Source: Oscillospiraceae bacterium (GTDB lineage: Bacteria; Bacillota; Clostridia; Oscillospirales; Ruminococcaceae). From it: 64,000 bases of DNA. Numbering within the stretch: the first letter of the stretch is position 1; each line of letters starts with the position of its first letter. Under the pieces are notes generated by a model. That model searched no databases. It was not told where the DNA came from and saw nothing but the letters and a program-made list of their open reading frames with translations. Position numbers and translations under genes: made by a program. Location: the NCBI GenBank assembly GCA_017415165.1, contig JAFQIY010000031.1:1246-65245 (forward strand), given 5' to 3'. This document shows positions 35,948 to 44,919 of this stretch, one piece after another.

Positions 35948-37129
35948 ATGTCAAACGAAATGCAGCTTAAATACGGATGTAATCCAAATCAGAAGCCTTC
36001 AAGAATTTATATGGCTGACGGAACAGAGCTTCCTATCGAGGTTCTCAACGGCAAGCCCGGATACATCAACCTTCTCGACGCTTTCAACGGCTGGCAGCTT
36101 GTTAAGGAACTGAAAAAGGCAACAGGTCTTTGTGCAGCAACTTCCTTCAAGCACGTTTCTCCTGCAGGTGCAGCAGTTGGCAAGCCGCTTTCCGATACAC
36201 TCAAGAAGATTTACTGGGTAGACGACCTCGGTGAGCTTTCTCCGCTCGCTTGCGCTTATGCAAGAGCAAGAGGTGCTGACAGAATGTCCTCTTACGGTGA
36301 CTTTATCGCACTTTCCGACGTTTGCGACGCTTGCACAGCTAAGATGATTCAGCGTGAAGTTTCCGACGGTGTAATTGCTCCGGGCTACACAGACGAAGCA
36401 CTCGAAATTCTCAAGTCCAAGAGAAAGGGTACATACAACGTTATCAAGATTGACGAGAACTATGTTCCTGCTGAACTTGAAACAAAGCAGGTTTACGGCG
36501 TAAGCTTCGAGCAGGGCAGAAACGAGCTTGATATCAACAACGAGCTTCTCGGCAACATTGTTACAGATAACAAGAATATCCCTGATGACAAGAAGATTGA
36601 CCTCATCATCTCCCTCATCACTCTCAAGTATACACAGTCCAACTCTGTTTGCTACGTTAAGGACGGTCAGGCAATCGGTATCGGTGCAGGTCAGCAGTCC
36701 AGAATTCACTGTACACGTCTCGCAGGTCAGAAGGCTGACAACTGGTGGCTCAGACAGTGCCCGAAGGTTATGGAGCTTCCTTTCAAGGACGACGTAAGAC
36801 GTGCTGACAGAGATAACGCTATTGATGTTTACATCGGCGATGAGTACGAGGACGTTCTCCGTGACGGCGAGTGGGAAAAGGTATTCACTAAGAAGCCTGA
36901 GGTTTTCACAAGAGAAGAAAAGAAGGAATGGATTGCTAAGAATACAAATGTATGTCTCGGCTCTGACGCATTCTTCCCATTCGGCGACAACATCGAGCGT
37001 GCACACAAGTCAGGTGTTGAATATATCGCACAGCCTGGTGGCTCTATCCGTGACGATAACGTAATTGAAACCTGCAACAAGTACAACATTGCAATGGCAT
37101 TCACAGGCATCCGTCTTTTCCACCACTAA
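35948..37129 (+). CDS. purH: AICAR formyltransferase (PurH C-terminal domain only)
   Basis: 393 aa. It ends ...AQPGGSIRDDNVIETCNKYNIAMAFTGIRLFHH and has no MGS-like IMP cyclohydrolase domain. Confidence 0.85.
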   Translation: MSNEMQLKYGCNPNQKPSRIYMADGTELPIEVLNGKPGYINLLDAFNGWQLVKELKKATGLCAATSFKHVSPAGAAVGKPLSDTLKKIYWVDDLGELSPLACAYARARGADRMSSYGDFIALSDVCDACTAKMIQREVSDGVIAPGYTDEALEILKSKRKGTYNVIKIDENYVPAELETKQVYGVSFEQGRNELDINNELLGNIVTDNKNIPDDKKIDLIISLITLKYTQSNSVCYVKDGQAIGIGAGQQSRIHCTRLAGQKADNWWLRQCPKVMELPFKDDVRRADRDNAIDVYIGDEYEDVLRDGEWEKVFTKKPEVFTREEKKEWIAKNTNVCLGSDAFFPFGDNIERAHKSGVEYIAQPGGSIRDDNVIETCNKYNIAMAFTGIRLFHH

Positions 37130-37184
37130 GCTGAAAATCAGAGATTTTCAGCTCCGAGTATTTCTGCCATTGGCAGAAATACTC
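37130..37184 (+). terminator. Two consecutive strong hairpins after purH
   Basis: GCTGAAAATC-aga-GATTTTCAGC, then a 13-bp stem GAGTATTTCTGCC-att-GGCAGAAATACTC. Confidence 0.6.
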
Positions 37185-37238
37185 TTAATTAACTTTAATT
37201 TCTAAAAAAATTCAGCATAATTGAAAGGGGTAACAGCT

Positions 37239-37745
37239 ATGACACCGAAGTGCGTAAGAATTACAGCAATTATCTCACAGATTTTAATTATCCTCTGGGC
37301 GGCAGTTTCTCTCGCTGCAAGCTTTAGTCAGAACAGCTTGATTATGTACTGGACAGGCGGTGGCGGACTCGGCTCTGCCGAAACCAATGAAAAAATCTCT
37401 TTATGGGCAACCATAGTTTACTGTGTTGCGTGTCTGCTGCTGACAATTTCAAATCTGATAATGTGCAATGATGCCAAGTTCAACAAAAGCGGTAAGCTGA
37501 CTCTTGTTCCGCTTGTTGCTTCGGCGCTGACAACAGCTGTACTTCCGATTGCTGTTGGTTATGTTACAAATGTTCAGTCTGTTCTTGTAGCACAGATTGA
37601 AGGTGCTGATGCATTGGCAAGACTTGGCGTTTACACTGAAATTGTAAGTATGCTTTCATATTTTGTGCACGCCGCAATGGTAATGGCAATTGCTGCTTCG
37701 GCTGTTTACACCTATGCAAAAATGCAGAATAAATCAAAGGAATGA
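37239..37745 (+). CDS. Hypothetical four-TM membrane protein directly upstream of purD
   Basis: ATG 37239 follows AAAGGGG. The stop lies 5 nt before the purD ATG. Confidence 0.55.
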   Translation: MTPKCVRITAIISQILIILWAAVSLAASFSQNSLIMYWTGGGGLGSAETNEKISLWATIVYCVACLLLTISNLIMCNDAKFNKSGKLTLVPLVASALTTAVLPIAVGYVTNVQSVLVAQIEGADALARLGVYTEIVSMLSYFVHAAMVMAIAASAVYTYAKMQNKSKE

Positions 37746-37750
37746 TAAAA

Positions 37751-39031
37751 ATGAAAATTTTAGTAGTTGGCGGCGGCGGACGTGAGCACGCCATCATTAT
37801 GAAGCTTGCAGAAAGCAAGCGCACTGAAAAGCTTTACTGCACCCCAGGCAACGGCGGTATTTCCCGTTATGCCGAGTGCTTTGACGTTGCGGCAACAGAT
37901 ATCGACGGCGTTGTAGCTCTTGCTAAGCAGCTTGCGGTTGATATGGTTGTTGTAGCACCTGACGACCCGCTGGTTCTCGGTATGGTTGACGCTCTCAACG
38001 CTGAGGGCTTTATGACATTCGGTCCTGACAAGGCTGCTGCAATTATTGAAGGCAGCAAGGTTTTCTCAAAGGACCTTATGAAGAAATACAACATTCCTAC
38101 AGCAAAGTATGAAATCTTCTCCGACAGCGACTCCGCAATTGCTTATCTCAAATCCGAGAACAGCTATCCTGCTGTAATCAAGGCTGACGGTCTTGCACTC
38201 GGTAAGGGTGTAATCATTGCGCAGAACGAGGAAGAAGCAATCGAAGCTGTTAAGTCAATGATTGACGGCAAGCAGTTCGGCGAAAGCAGTTCAACTGTTG
38301 TAATCGAGGAATTCCTCACAGGACCTGAGGTTTCTGTACTTTCCTTTACAGACGGAAATGTTGTTGTTCCTATGATTTCTTCTATGGATCACAAGCGTGC
38401 GCTTGACGGCGACAAGGGTCTCAACACAGGCGGTATGGGTACAATTGCTCCTAATCCGTTCTATACTGAGGACGTTGCAAAGGAATGTATGGAGAATATT
38501 TTCCTTCCTACAATCAACGCTATGAAGGCAGAGGGAAGAACCTTCAAGGGTTGTCTCTATTTCGGACTTATGGTTACACCTAAGGGCGTTAAGGTTATCG
38601 AGTACAACTGCCGTTTCGGCGACCCTGAAACACAGGTTGTTCTTCCGCTTCTTGATGCTGACCTTGTGGACATTTTTGAAGCAATCTACAACGGCAAGCT
38701 TGCTGACGTTGATATCAAGTGGAAGAACGAGTGTTGTTCCTGCGTTGTAATGGCAAGCGGAGGCTATCCTCAGAGCTACCCTAAGGGCATCGAAATGAAC
38801 GGTATGGACGATAAGGGACAGGTTGATGGCGTGTTTGTTTACCACGCAGGCACAAAGTTTGCTGACGGGAAATTCCTCACAAACGGCGGACGTGTTCTTG
38901 GTGTAACAGCAACAGGTGAGAGCCTGCAGGCTGCACTGGACAAGTCCTACGATGCTGTAAAGAAAATCACATTTGACGGCGCACACTACAGAACCGATAT
39001 CGGTCAGCGTGCACTTTCTGCAAATAAGTAA
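37751..39031 (+). CDS. purD: Phosphoribosylamine-glycine ligase
   Basis: MKILVVGGGGREHAI... ATP-grasp. Confidence 0.95.
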   Translation: MKILVVGGGGREHAIIMKLAESKRTEKLYCTPGNGGISRYAECFDVAATDIDGVVALAKQLAVDMVVVAPDDPLVLGMVDALNAEGFMTFGPDKAAAIIEGSKVFSKDLMKKYNIPTAKYEIFSDSDSAIAYLKSENSYPAVIKADGLALGKGVIIAQNEEEAIEAVKSMIDGKQFGESSSTVVIEEFLTGPEVSVLSFTDGNVVVPMISSMDHKRALDGDKGLNTGGMGTIAPNPFYTEDVAKECMENIFLPTINAMKAEGRTFKGCLYFGLMVTPKGVKVIEYNCRFGDPETQVVLPLLDADLVDIFEAIYNGKLADVDIKWKNECCSCVVMASGGYPQSYPKGIEMNGMDDKGQVDGVFVYHAGTKFADGKFLTNGGRVLGVTATGESLQAALDKSYDAVKKITFDGAHYRTDIGQRALSANK

Positions 39032-39039
39032 TTTTTATT

Positions 39040-39070
39040 CCGCTTCTGATTATGTGTCAGAAGCGGTTTT
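39040..39070 (+). terminator. Rho-independent terminator after purD
   Basis: CCGCTTCTGA-ttatgtg-TCAGAAGCGG followed by TTTT. Confidence 0.8.
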
Positions 39071-39111
39071 GTTTGCTGTATTCTATTAATGAAAAATTTT
39101 TCAAAAAGCAC

Positions 39112-39140
39112 TTGACAAATCAGAAAATATGGTATATCAT
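39112..39140 (+). promoter_or_regulatory. Sigma-A-type promoter of the GntR-ABC operon
   Basis: TTGACA, 17 nt, TATCAT. Confidence 0.5.
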
Positions 39141-39160
39141 TGTATTAAACGAATAATACA
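39141..39160. promoter_or_regulatory. Inverted repeat; candidate autoregulatory operator for the GntR/YtrA regulator
   Basis: TGTATTA-aacgaa-TAATACA lies immediately downstream of the -10 element. Confidence 0.45.
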
Positions 39161-39177
39161 CATAAAGGAGGAATCAT

Positions 39178-39552
39178 ATGCCTTGGAGCTTTGATTCATC
39201 TACACCGCTGTACCTGCAGATTATGGAACAGATAAAGTTCAGGATTGCTGTCGGAAACTATAAGGCGGGGGACAAGCTCGCTTCCGTTCGTGAGCTTGCG
39301 GCAGAGGCAGAGGTTAACCCTAATACTATGCAGAAAGCACTTTCCGAACTGGAGCGTGAGGGGCTGCTCTTTACACAGCGTACTTCGGGAAGATTTGTTA
39401 CGGAGAATTCGGAAACGATTACAATTTTGCGGAAAAGCCTTGCAAATGAACAGCTTGACTTGTTCCTGAAAAAGATGTATAATCTTGGATATACCAATGA
39501 GGAAGTTCTTGTGCTTCTTCAGGATTGTATCGGTCAGGAGGAACAGGCGTAA
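39178..39552 (+). CDS. GntR family transcriptional regulator (short YtrA-like)
   Basis: The wHTH region reads GDKLASVRELAAEAEVNPNTMQKALSELEREGLL; 124 aa. Confidence 0.85.
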   Translation: MPWSFDSSTPLYLQIMEQIKFRIAVGNYKAGDKLASVRELAAEAEVNPNTMQKALSELEREGLLFTQRTSGRFVTENSETITILRKSLANEQLDLFLKKMYNLGYTNEEVLVLLQDCIGQEEQA

Positions 39553-40244
39553 TGTTGGTAGAGTGTAAAAATCTGTGCAAAACCTACGGCGAAACTATTG
39601 CACTGAATAATATAAATCTGAATATTGAAAGAGGCAGAATTATCGGTCTGCTCGGTCCGAATGGCAGCGGTAAGACAACGCTTATCAAGGTGCTCAGCGG
39701 TCTGCTGACAAAAAGCAGCGGTGAGGTTACAATTTCCGATAAGGAAATCGGTATCGAAACAAAGAAGGTTGTATCTTACCTGCCTGAAAGAACTTACCTG
39801 AGTGAGTGGATGACTGTAAAGCAGGTTGTTGACTTCTTCAAGGATTTCTATGATGATTTCAGCGAGGAAACGGCTTATGGTATGCTGGAAAGACTCAACA
39901 TCAAGCCGGGGGACAGACTTAAAACAATGTCAAAGGGTACAAAGGAAAAGGTTCAGCTTATACTTGTTATGAGCCGTCAGGCGGAGCTTTTTCTGCTTGA
40001 TGAACCGATTGCAGGCGTTGACCCTGCTGCCCGTGACTACATAATCAAGACGATTATCGGCAACTACAACGAAAACGCCTCGGTAATTATTTCAACACAC
40101 CTTATCAGCGATGTCGAAAAAATTCTTGATGAGGTTATTATGATTAAGTACGGCTGTCTTGTTATGCACAAGACTGTTGATGAAATCCGTGACGAGCACG
40201 GCAAATCAGTGGACGCACTGTTCAGGGAGGTGTTTGCGTGCTGA
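39552..40244 (+). CDS. ABC transporter ATP-binding protein
   Basis: GPNGSGKTT, MSKGTKEKV, LFLLDEP. The ATG overlaps the GntR TAA. Confidence 0.85.
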   Translation: MLVECKNLCKTYGETIALNNINLNIERGRIIGLLGPNGSGKTTLIKVLSGLLTKSSGEVTISDKEIGIETKKVVSYLPERTYLSEWMTVKQVVDFFKDFYDDFSEETAYGMLERLNIKPGDRLKTMSKGTKEKVQLILVMSRQAELFLLDEPIAGVDPAARDYIIKTIIGNYNENASVIISTHLISDVEKILDEVIMIKYGCLVMHKTVDEIRDEHGKSVDALFREVFAC

Positions 40245-41071
40245 GAAAGCTGATAAAATATGATTTGCTTGCCGATTATAAGAGATATGGCATCGTTTTT
40301 GCGGCAATGCTTCTTTTCAGTATCCTGCTGATGACGCTGGACAGACTGACGCAGGTTTTCAAAGGTAACCAGTTTTTTAAAATAATGATGATTACATGTG
40401 CAATCCTTTTTATGATGGCATTTATCGTAATGTTCACTATGATTATGGTTATTGCAACGATACGTTTCTATAAGAACCTTGTCCGTGATGAGGGATATCT
40501 TATGCATACCATTCCTGTGCCGACGTGGCAGCTTATTATGGCAAAATTCATTACAATGTATATCTGGTCAGCGGCGGCTGTTGTTGTGGCAGGAATATGC
40601 TTCGGTATAGTTTCGGGCGAACCGTTGTGGCTGTTCAAGCTTGATATCGGATGGGAAATTCTTGAGTCAGCCTTTGTTGAGGATACTATCAACGGAACTC
40701 CTGAACAGCTGAGGAATTTCTTCCTGGTATGCGTTGTTGTAATGATACTTTCACCCGGATTTATGATGCTTCATATCTATATGAGCCTTGCGCTGGGAAA
40801 TCTTTTCCACACTCATAAGCTGGGAATAGCGGTGCTGATGTTCTTTGCACTTTATGTCGGCGAGCAGCTGCTTTCGGGTGTATTTATGCTGTTTATGTCG
40901 GCAGATATGGTGACTTATCTGACTGACATTGAAGCGGTTGTTCCTTTTGAAGCTGGCTACAAGTATATGATGACATCGTTGATTTTCTCAATCATTTATA
41001 CTATCGTGCTGATGGTTGGATTTTTCATCGGTTCAGAGAGAATATTCTCTAAAAAGCTTAATCTTGAATAA
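40238..41071 (+). CDS. ABC-associated polytopic membrane protein
   Basis: The GTG start overlaps the ATPase stop. Six or more hydrophobic segments. Confidence 0.6.
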   Translation: MLRKLIKYDLLADYKRYGIVFAAMLLFSILLMTLDRLTQVFKGNQFFKIMMITCAILFMMAFIVMFTMIMVIATIRFYKNLVRDEGYLMHTIPVPTWQLIMAKFITMYIWSAAAVVVAGICFGIVSGEPLWLFKLDIGWEILESAFVEDTINGTPEQLRNFFLVCVVVMILSPGFMMLHIYMSLALGNLFHTHKLGIAVLMFFALYVGEQLLSGVFMLFMSADMVTYLTDIEAVVPFEAGYKYMMTSLIFSIIYTIVLMVGFFIGSERIFSKKLNLE

Positions 41072-41189
41072 TAGTTGAAGGCAGCTGCAATGGCTGCCTT
41101 TGCTTTTGGATTTCGTGGATAATTTGCCCAAACAATGTATCTGTTTGGAATAAACGATTGTTGATAAAAACTAAAATATCAAACTCGTA

Positions 41190-41218
41190 TTGACAAATAT
41201 TTCACGTTATGGTATCAT
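41190..41218 (+). promoter_or_regulatory. Sigma-A-type promoter of feoAB
   Basis: TTGACA, 17 nt, TATCAT. Confidence 0.5.
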
Positions 41219-41225
41219 ATATATG

Positions 41226-41241
41226 GTTAGTAAAAGCTAAC
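41226..41241. promoter_or_regulatory. GTTAG-N6-CTAAC palindrome, copy 1 (candidate metalloregulator operator)
   Basis: GTTAGtaaaagCTAAC lies just downstream of the -10 element. Confidence 0.35.
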
Positions 41242-41259
41242 TGTGTTTGTTGTGCGGAA

Positions 41260-41275
41260 GTTAGCCTGTTCTAAT
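41260..41275. promoter_or_regulatory. GTTAG-N6-CTAAT, copy 2
   Basis: GTTAGcctgttCTAAT in the feoA leader. Confidence 0.3.
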
Positions 41276-41319
41276 CACAAAACTGTTGGCTTTTTATTGA
41301 AAAAACTCAGGAGGCTCTT

Positions 41320-41532
41320 ATGAATTTGCGAAACGCAGAAGAAGGTAAAGAGTACATTATCAGCAATATTGAAACCGATGATGAGGAGCTGGACGCATTC
41401 CTGTTCTCCCTCGGTTGTTATGCAGGCGAAAAGATTACAGTTGTTTCTCACCTTAAAGGTGGCTGTGTAGTTTCCATAAAGGATGGCAGATACAACATCG
41501 ACAACGAACTTGCAGAAGCTATTTGTGTCTGA
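41320..41532 (+). CDS. feoA: Ferrous iron transport protein A
   Basis: 70-aa FeoA-like SH3 fold (G.....I........LG...G..I.V). Confidence 0.8.
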   Translation: MNLRNAEEGKEYIISNIETDDEELDAFLFSLGCYAGEKITVVSHLKGGCVVSIKDGRYNIDNELAEAICV

Positions 41533-41590
41533 TAAATACGAAAAGCAATCAGCAGATTTCTTTTAATCCGCCGATTACTTTTTTGAGCAA

Positions 41591-41610
41591 AAGTTAGTCA
41601 ACACTAACTT
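41591..41610. promoter_or_regulatory. AAGTTAGT-caac-ACTAACTT perfect palindrome, copy 3 of the GTTAG-N6-CTAAC motif
   Basis: Lies between feoA and feoB. Confidence 0.35.
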
Positions 41611-41665
41611 AATATATTATGCAGAATACTGCTTTAATAGAATTTCATTTCAGGAGGAGATATAT

Positions 41666-43684
41666 ATGAGAATTGCTTTAGCTGGCAATCCTAACAGCGG
41701 TAAAACTACTATGTACAACGCTCTTACAGGTCGTAATGAGAAGGTTGGTAACTGGGCGGGTGTTACCGTTGAAAAGAAAGAACATCCGATAAAGAAAGCG
41801 TACAGCAATGGTGCAGACCTCATCGCAGTTGACCTTCCGGGTGCATACTCAATGTCGCCATTTACTTCCGAGGAAAGCGTTACAAGTACATATGTAAAGA
41901 ACGAAAATCCTGACGCAATCATCAATATTGTTGACGCAACAAACCTCAGCAGAAGCCTTTTCTTTACAACTCAGCTTCTCGAACTTGGTATTCCTGTTGT
42001 TGTTGCACTCAACAAGTCCGACGTAAACGAAAAGAAGGAAACAAAGATTGACGCAGCTGAACTTTCTGCAAAGCTTGGTTGTCCTGTTGTAAATACAACT
42101 TCTACAACAGCAGAAGGTCTTGAAGATGTTGTTAAGGCAGCAGTTGCGAACGCAGGCAAGGGTCAGACAGCACCTTATGTTCAGGGCGATATTGACCTTT
42201 CCAACAAGGAAGTTGTTACCGAAGCTGACAAGAAGCGTTTTGATTTTGTAAATAAGATTGTTGCAGACGTTGAAAACCGTAAGGTTCTCACAAAGGATAA
42301 AAATATCGGCGACAAGATTGACGCTGTCATCACAAACAAGTGGCTCGGTATTCCGATTTTTGCTGTTGTAATGTGCCTCGTGCTTATGATTTCCCAGTAT
42401 TGGGTTGGTCCATTCCTTGCAGATACACTTGTTGGCTGGCTTGAAGCCTTCCAGGGCTGGATTGGCGGTATGCTTGAAAACGCTAACCCACTCCTCTATG
42501 CTCTCCTCGTTGACGGCGTAATCGGCGGTGTTATTGCTGTAATCGGCTTCCTTCCACTGGTAATGGTTATGTACTTCCTTATCGCACTTCTCGAAGACTG
42601 CGGCTATATGGCTCGAGCTTCCGTAGTGCTTGACCCGATTTTCAAGAAGGTTGGTCTTTCAGGTAAATCCGTTATCCCATTCGTAATCACAACAGGCTGT
42701 GCTATCCCGGGCGTTATGGCTTCAAGAACAATCCGTAACGAGCGTGAAAGACGTGCAACAGCAATGCTTGCACCATTTATGCCTTGCGGTGCTAAGCTTC
42801 CTGTTATCGCACTTTTCGCAGGCGCATTCTTTGCTGATGAATGGTGGGTAAGTCCTCTTATGTACTTCTCAGGTATCGTACTCATCTTCCTTGGTGCACT
42901 TCTTGTAAACAAGATTGCAGGCTATAAGGCAAGAAAGTCCTTCTTCATTATCGAACTTCCTGAATACAAGGTTCCAAGCCTTGTGAGAGCACTCCAGACA
43001 ATGTGCAGCCGTGGCTGGGCATACATTGTAAAGGCAGCTACAATCATTCTCCTTTGTAACACAGCTGTACAGATTATGCAGACATTTACTTGGAGCTTTG
43101 AAGTTGCTGAAGAAGCAGACGCTTCTATCCTCGCATCTATTGCAGGTCCATTTGCATACCTCCTCGTTCCAATCGTTGGCGTAGTTTCCTGGCAGCTTGC
43201 TGCAGCAGCTATTACAGGCTTCATCGCAAAGGAAAACGTTGTTGGTACACTTGCAGTATGCTTCGTTGGACTTGAAAACCTTATTGATACAGAAGAACTC
43301 GCACTTATGGAAGGTGCAGGCGCAGAGGTTGCAACAGTATTCGCTATCTCTAAGGCTGCTGCACTTGCATACCTTATGTTCAATCTCTTTACACCACCTT
43401 GCTTCGCAGCAATCGGTGCTATGAACTCTGAAATGAAGAGCGCTAAGTGGCTCTGGGGCGGTATCGGTCTCCAGCTTGCTACAGGCTTCACAGTAGGCTT
43501 CCTCGTATACCAGTTCGGTACACTCTTTACAGAGGGCACATTCGGCAAGGGCTTTGTTCCGGGTCTTATCGCAGTTCTTGTAATGGCAGCAATCGTTGTT
43601 TATATGTGCATCAATGCCGACAAGAAGGTTAAGCAGGATTACGCACTTAACGGTAAAAAGGCAGAAGCGGCAGTCAAAGGCTGA
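41666..43684 (+). CDS. feoB: Ferrous iron transporter FeoB
   Basis: IALAGNPNSGKTTMYNALTG G-domain plus a polytopic permease; 672 aa. Confidence 0.95.
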   Translation: MRIALAGNPNSGKTTMYNALTGRNEKVGNWAGVTVEKKEHPIKKAYSNGADLIAVDLPGAYSMSPFTSEESVTSTYVKNENPDAIINIVDATNLSRSLFFTTQLLELGIPVVVALNKSDVNEKKETKIDAAELSAKLGCPVVNTTSTTAEGLEDVVKAAVANAGKGQTAPYVQGDIDLSNKEVVTEADKKRFDFVNKIVADVENRKVLTKDKNIGDKIDAVITNKWLGIPIFAVVMCLVLMISQYWVGPFLADTLVGWLEAFQGWIGGMLENANPLLYALLVDGVIGGVIAVIGFLPLVMVMYFLIALLEDCGYMARASVVLDPIFKKVGLSGKSVIPFVITTGCAIPGVMASRTIRNERERRATAMLAPFMPCGAKLPVIALFAGAFFADEWWVSPLMYFSGIVLIFLGALLVNKIAGYKARKSFFIIELPEYKVPSLVRALQTMCSRGWAYIVKAATIILLCNTAVQIMQTFTWSFEVAEEADASILASIAGPFAYLLVPIVGVVSWQLAAAAITGFIAKENVVGTLAVCFVGLENLIDTEELALMEGAGAEVATVFAISKAAALAYLMFNLFTPPCFAAIGAMNSEMKSAKWLWGGIGLQLATGFTVGFLVYQFGTLFTEGTFGKGFVPGLIAVLVMAAIVVYMCINADKKVKQDYALNGKKAEAAVKG

Positions 43685-43699
43685 TAAGGAGCTGTTCCT

Positions 43700-43894
43700 A
43701 TGGAAAATATTATCATCATTGCAGTTGTAGCAATTATTGTGGGACTTGCAGGCGGTTACGTCTACAAGGCGAAAAAAAGCGGACAGAAATGCATAGGCTG
43801 TCCTCACGCAAATTCCTGTAATACAAAAACTGATAAAGAGCATAGCTGCAGCGGAAATTGCAGCGGCTGCAACGGCGGCTGTGGTCATAATTAA
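43700..43894 (+). CDS. FeoB-associated Cys-rich membrane protein
   Basis: An N-terminal TM, then CIGCPH..SC...CSGNCSGCNGGCGH. Confidence 0.75.
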   Translation: MENIIIIAVVAIIVGLAGGYVYKAKKSGQKCIGCPHANSCNTKTDKEHSCSGNCSGCNGGCGHN

Positions 43895-43910
43895 TCTGCT
43901 GTAAATATGG

Positions 43911-43946
43911 AAAATCCTCGGGATACGGACCTCCCGAGGATTTTTT
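43911..43946. terminator. Bidirectional terminator
   Basis: AAAATCCTCGGGA...TCCCGAGGATTTT. Confidence 0.8.
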
Positions 43947-44814
43947 ATGTGTTTTTTATAATTTCTACTGAGTTGATTATCGCATAGAGGTCTTTAAGGG
44001 TTTGCATATGAATATAAATTGAACATTTATATTCTGTATCAGCTGAACTTGCATCAAACACATCAAAACAAGCAGCATACATAGTTATATCTTCATCCAA
44101 ATAATTATCAATTTTATTTATTCTAAGTATTCCGCATACATTATCTTTTTCATATATGTATTCAAAATCACACATATGAATATGACACAGTTCATTTACA
44201 AGCGATGAACGATAAGCTGACACATATAATGCGTAATCTGACTTTATATTCCAAAAGCTGTAATCATCTTTATCTATCGATGTTATACACTTCCAGCACC
44301 CATAGTCAGTAAATGGATTTCCATATCCAAGAGTTTCAAAGCCTTCCTTCAGGTCATCAATTGGTATATCACATATTTTAGCAGCCCAGTCATCTGTTAA
44401 TCTCCAACCGTTAACAAGAGCAGTGTCAGGACGATAATCAAAGCAAACAGTTTCTTCATCGGAGTTTTTATAGTGGTGACTTGGGTCATAAGGTCCACGA
44501 ATGGTGAGAGGACCTTCATCTATACTGCGATACTCCATTGATGCAGGAATATCTGCTGTAAAATATTCATCGGCTGTAGTTTCAATATCTGCACCAACGA
44601 TTGCAACGGAAGAAACATAGCTATCCACAGTTACAAAAGAAGTATCAATAACATCGTATTCTGTAAAATAATCTGCTTTGTATAAAATATTCGGCATAAC
44701 TTCATCTATTTTCTTTTTCAGTTCAAATCTTGGTACAAGAAAAATAAAATAAAACAAGATTAACAGCACAATTACTGCAACAATAGGCACAATTATTTTA
44801 AGTGCTTTTTTCAT
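43945..44814 (-). CDS. Hypothetical membrane-anchored protein (AT-rich orphan)
   Basis: N-terminal TM. No motif recognised. Confidence 0.5.
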   Translation of the reverse strand: MKKALKIIVPIVAVIVLLILFYFIFLVPRFELKKKIDEVMPNILYKADYFTEYDVIDTSFVTVDSYVSSVAIVGADIETTADEYFTADIPASMEYRSIDEGPLTIRGPYDPSHHYKNSDEETVCFDYRPDTALVNGWRLTDDWAAKICDIPIDDLKEGFETLGYGNPFTDYGCWKCITSIDKDDYSFWNIKSDYALYVSAYRSSLVNELCHIHMCDFEYIYEKDNVCGILRINKIDNYLDEDITMYAACFDVFDASSADTEYKCSIYIHMQTLKDLYAIINSVEIIKNT

Positions 44815-44880
44815 ATAATGACCTCCTTTGAATGTTGGAAATTATTATACCTTATTTTACTGTTTTTGTCAACAAGAGAA

Positions 44881-44907
44881 AACCGTGCACCAAAACGGTA
44901 CACGGTT
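44881..44907 (-). terminator. Hairpin downstream of xylB
   Basis: AACCGTG...CACGGTT. The U-tract is weak. Confidence 0.4.
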
Positions 44908-44919
44908 AAAAAAATCTTA

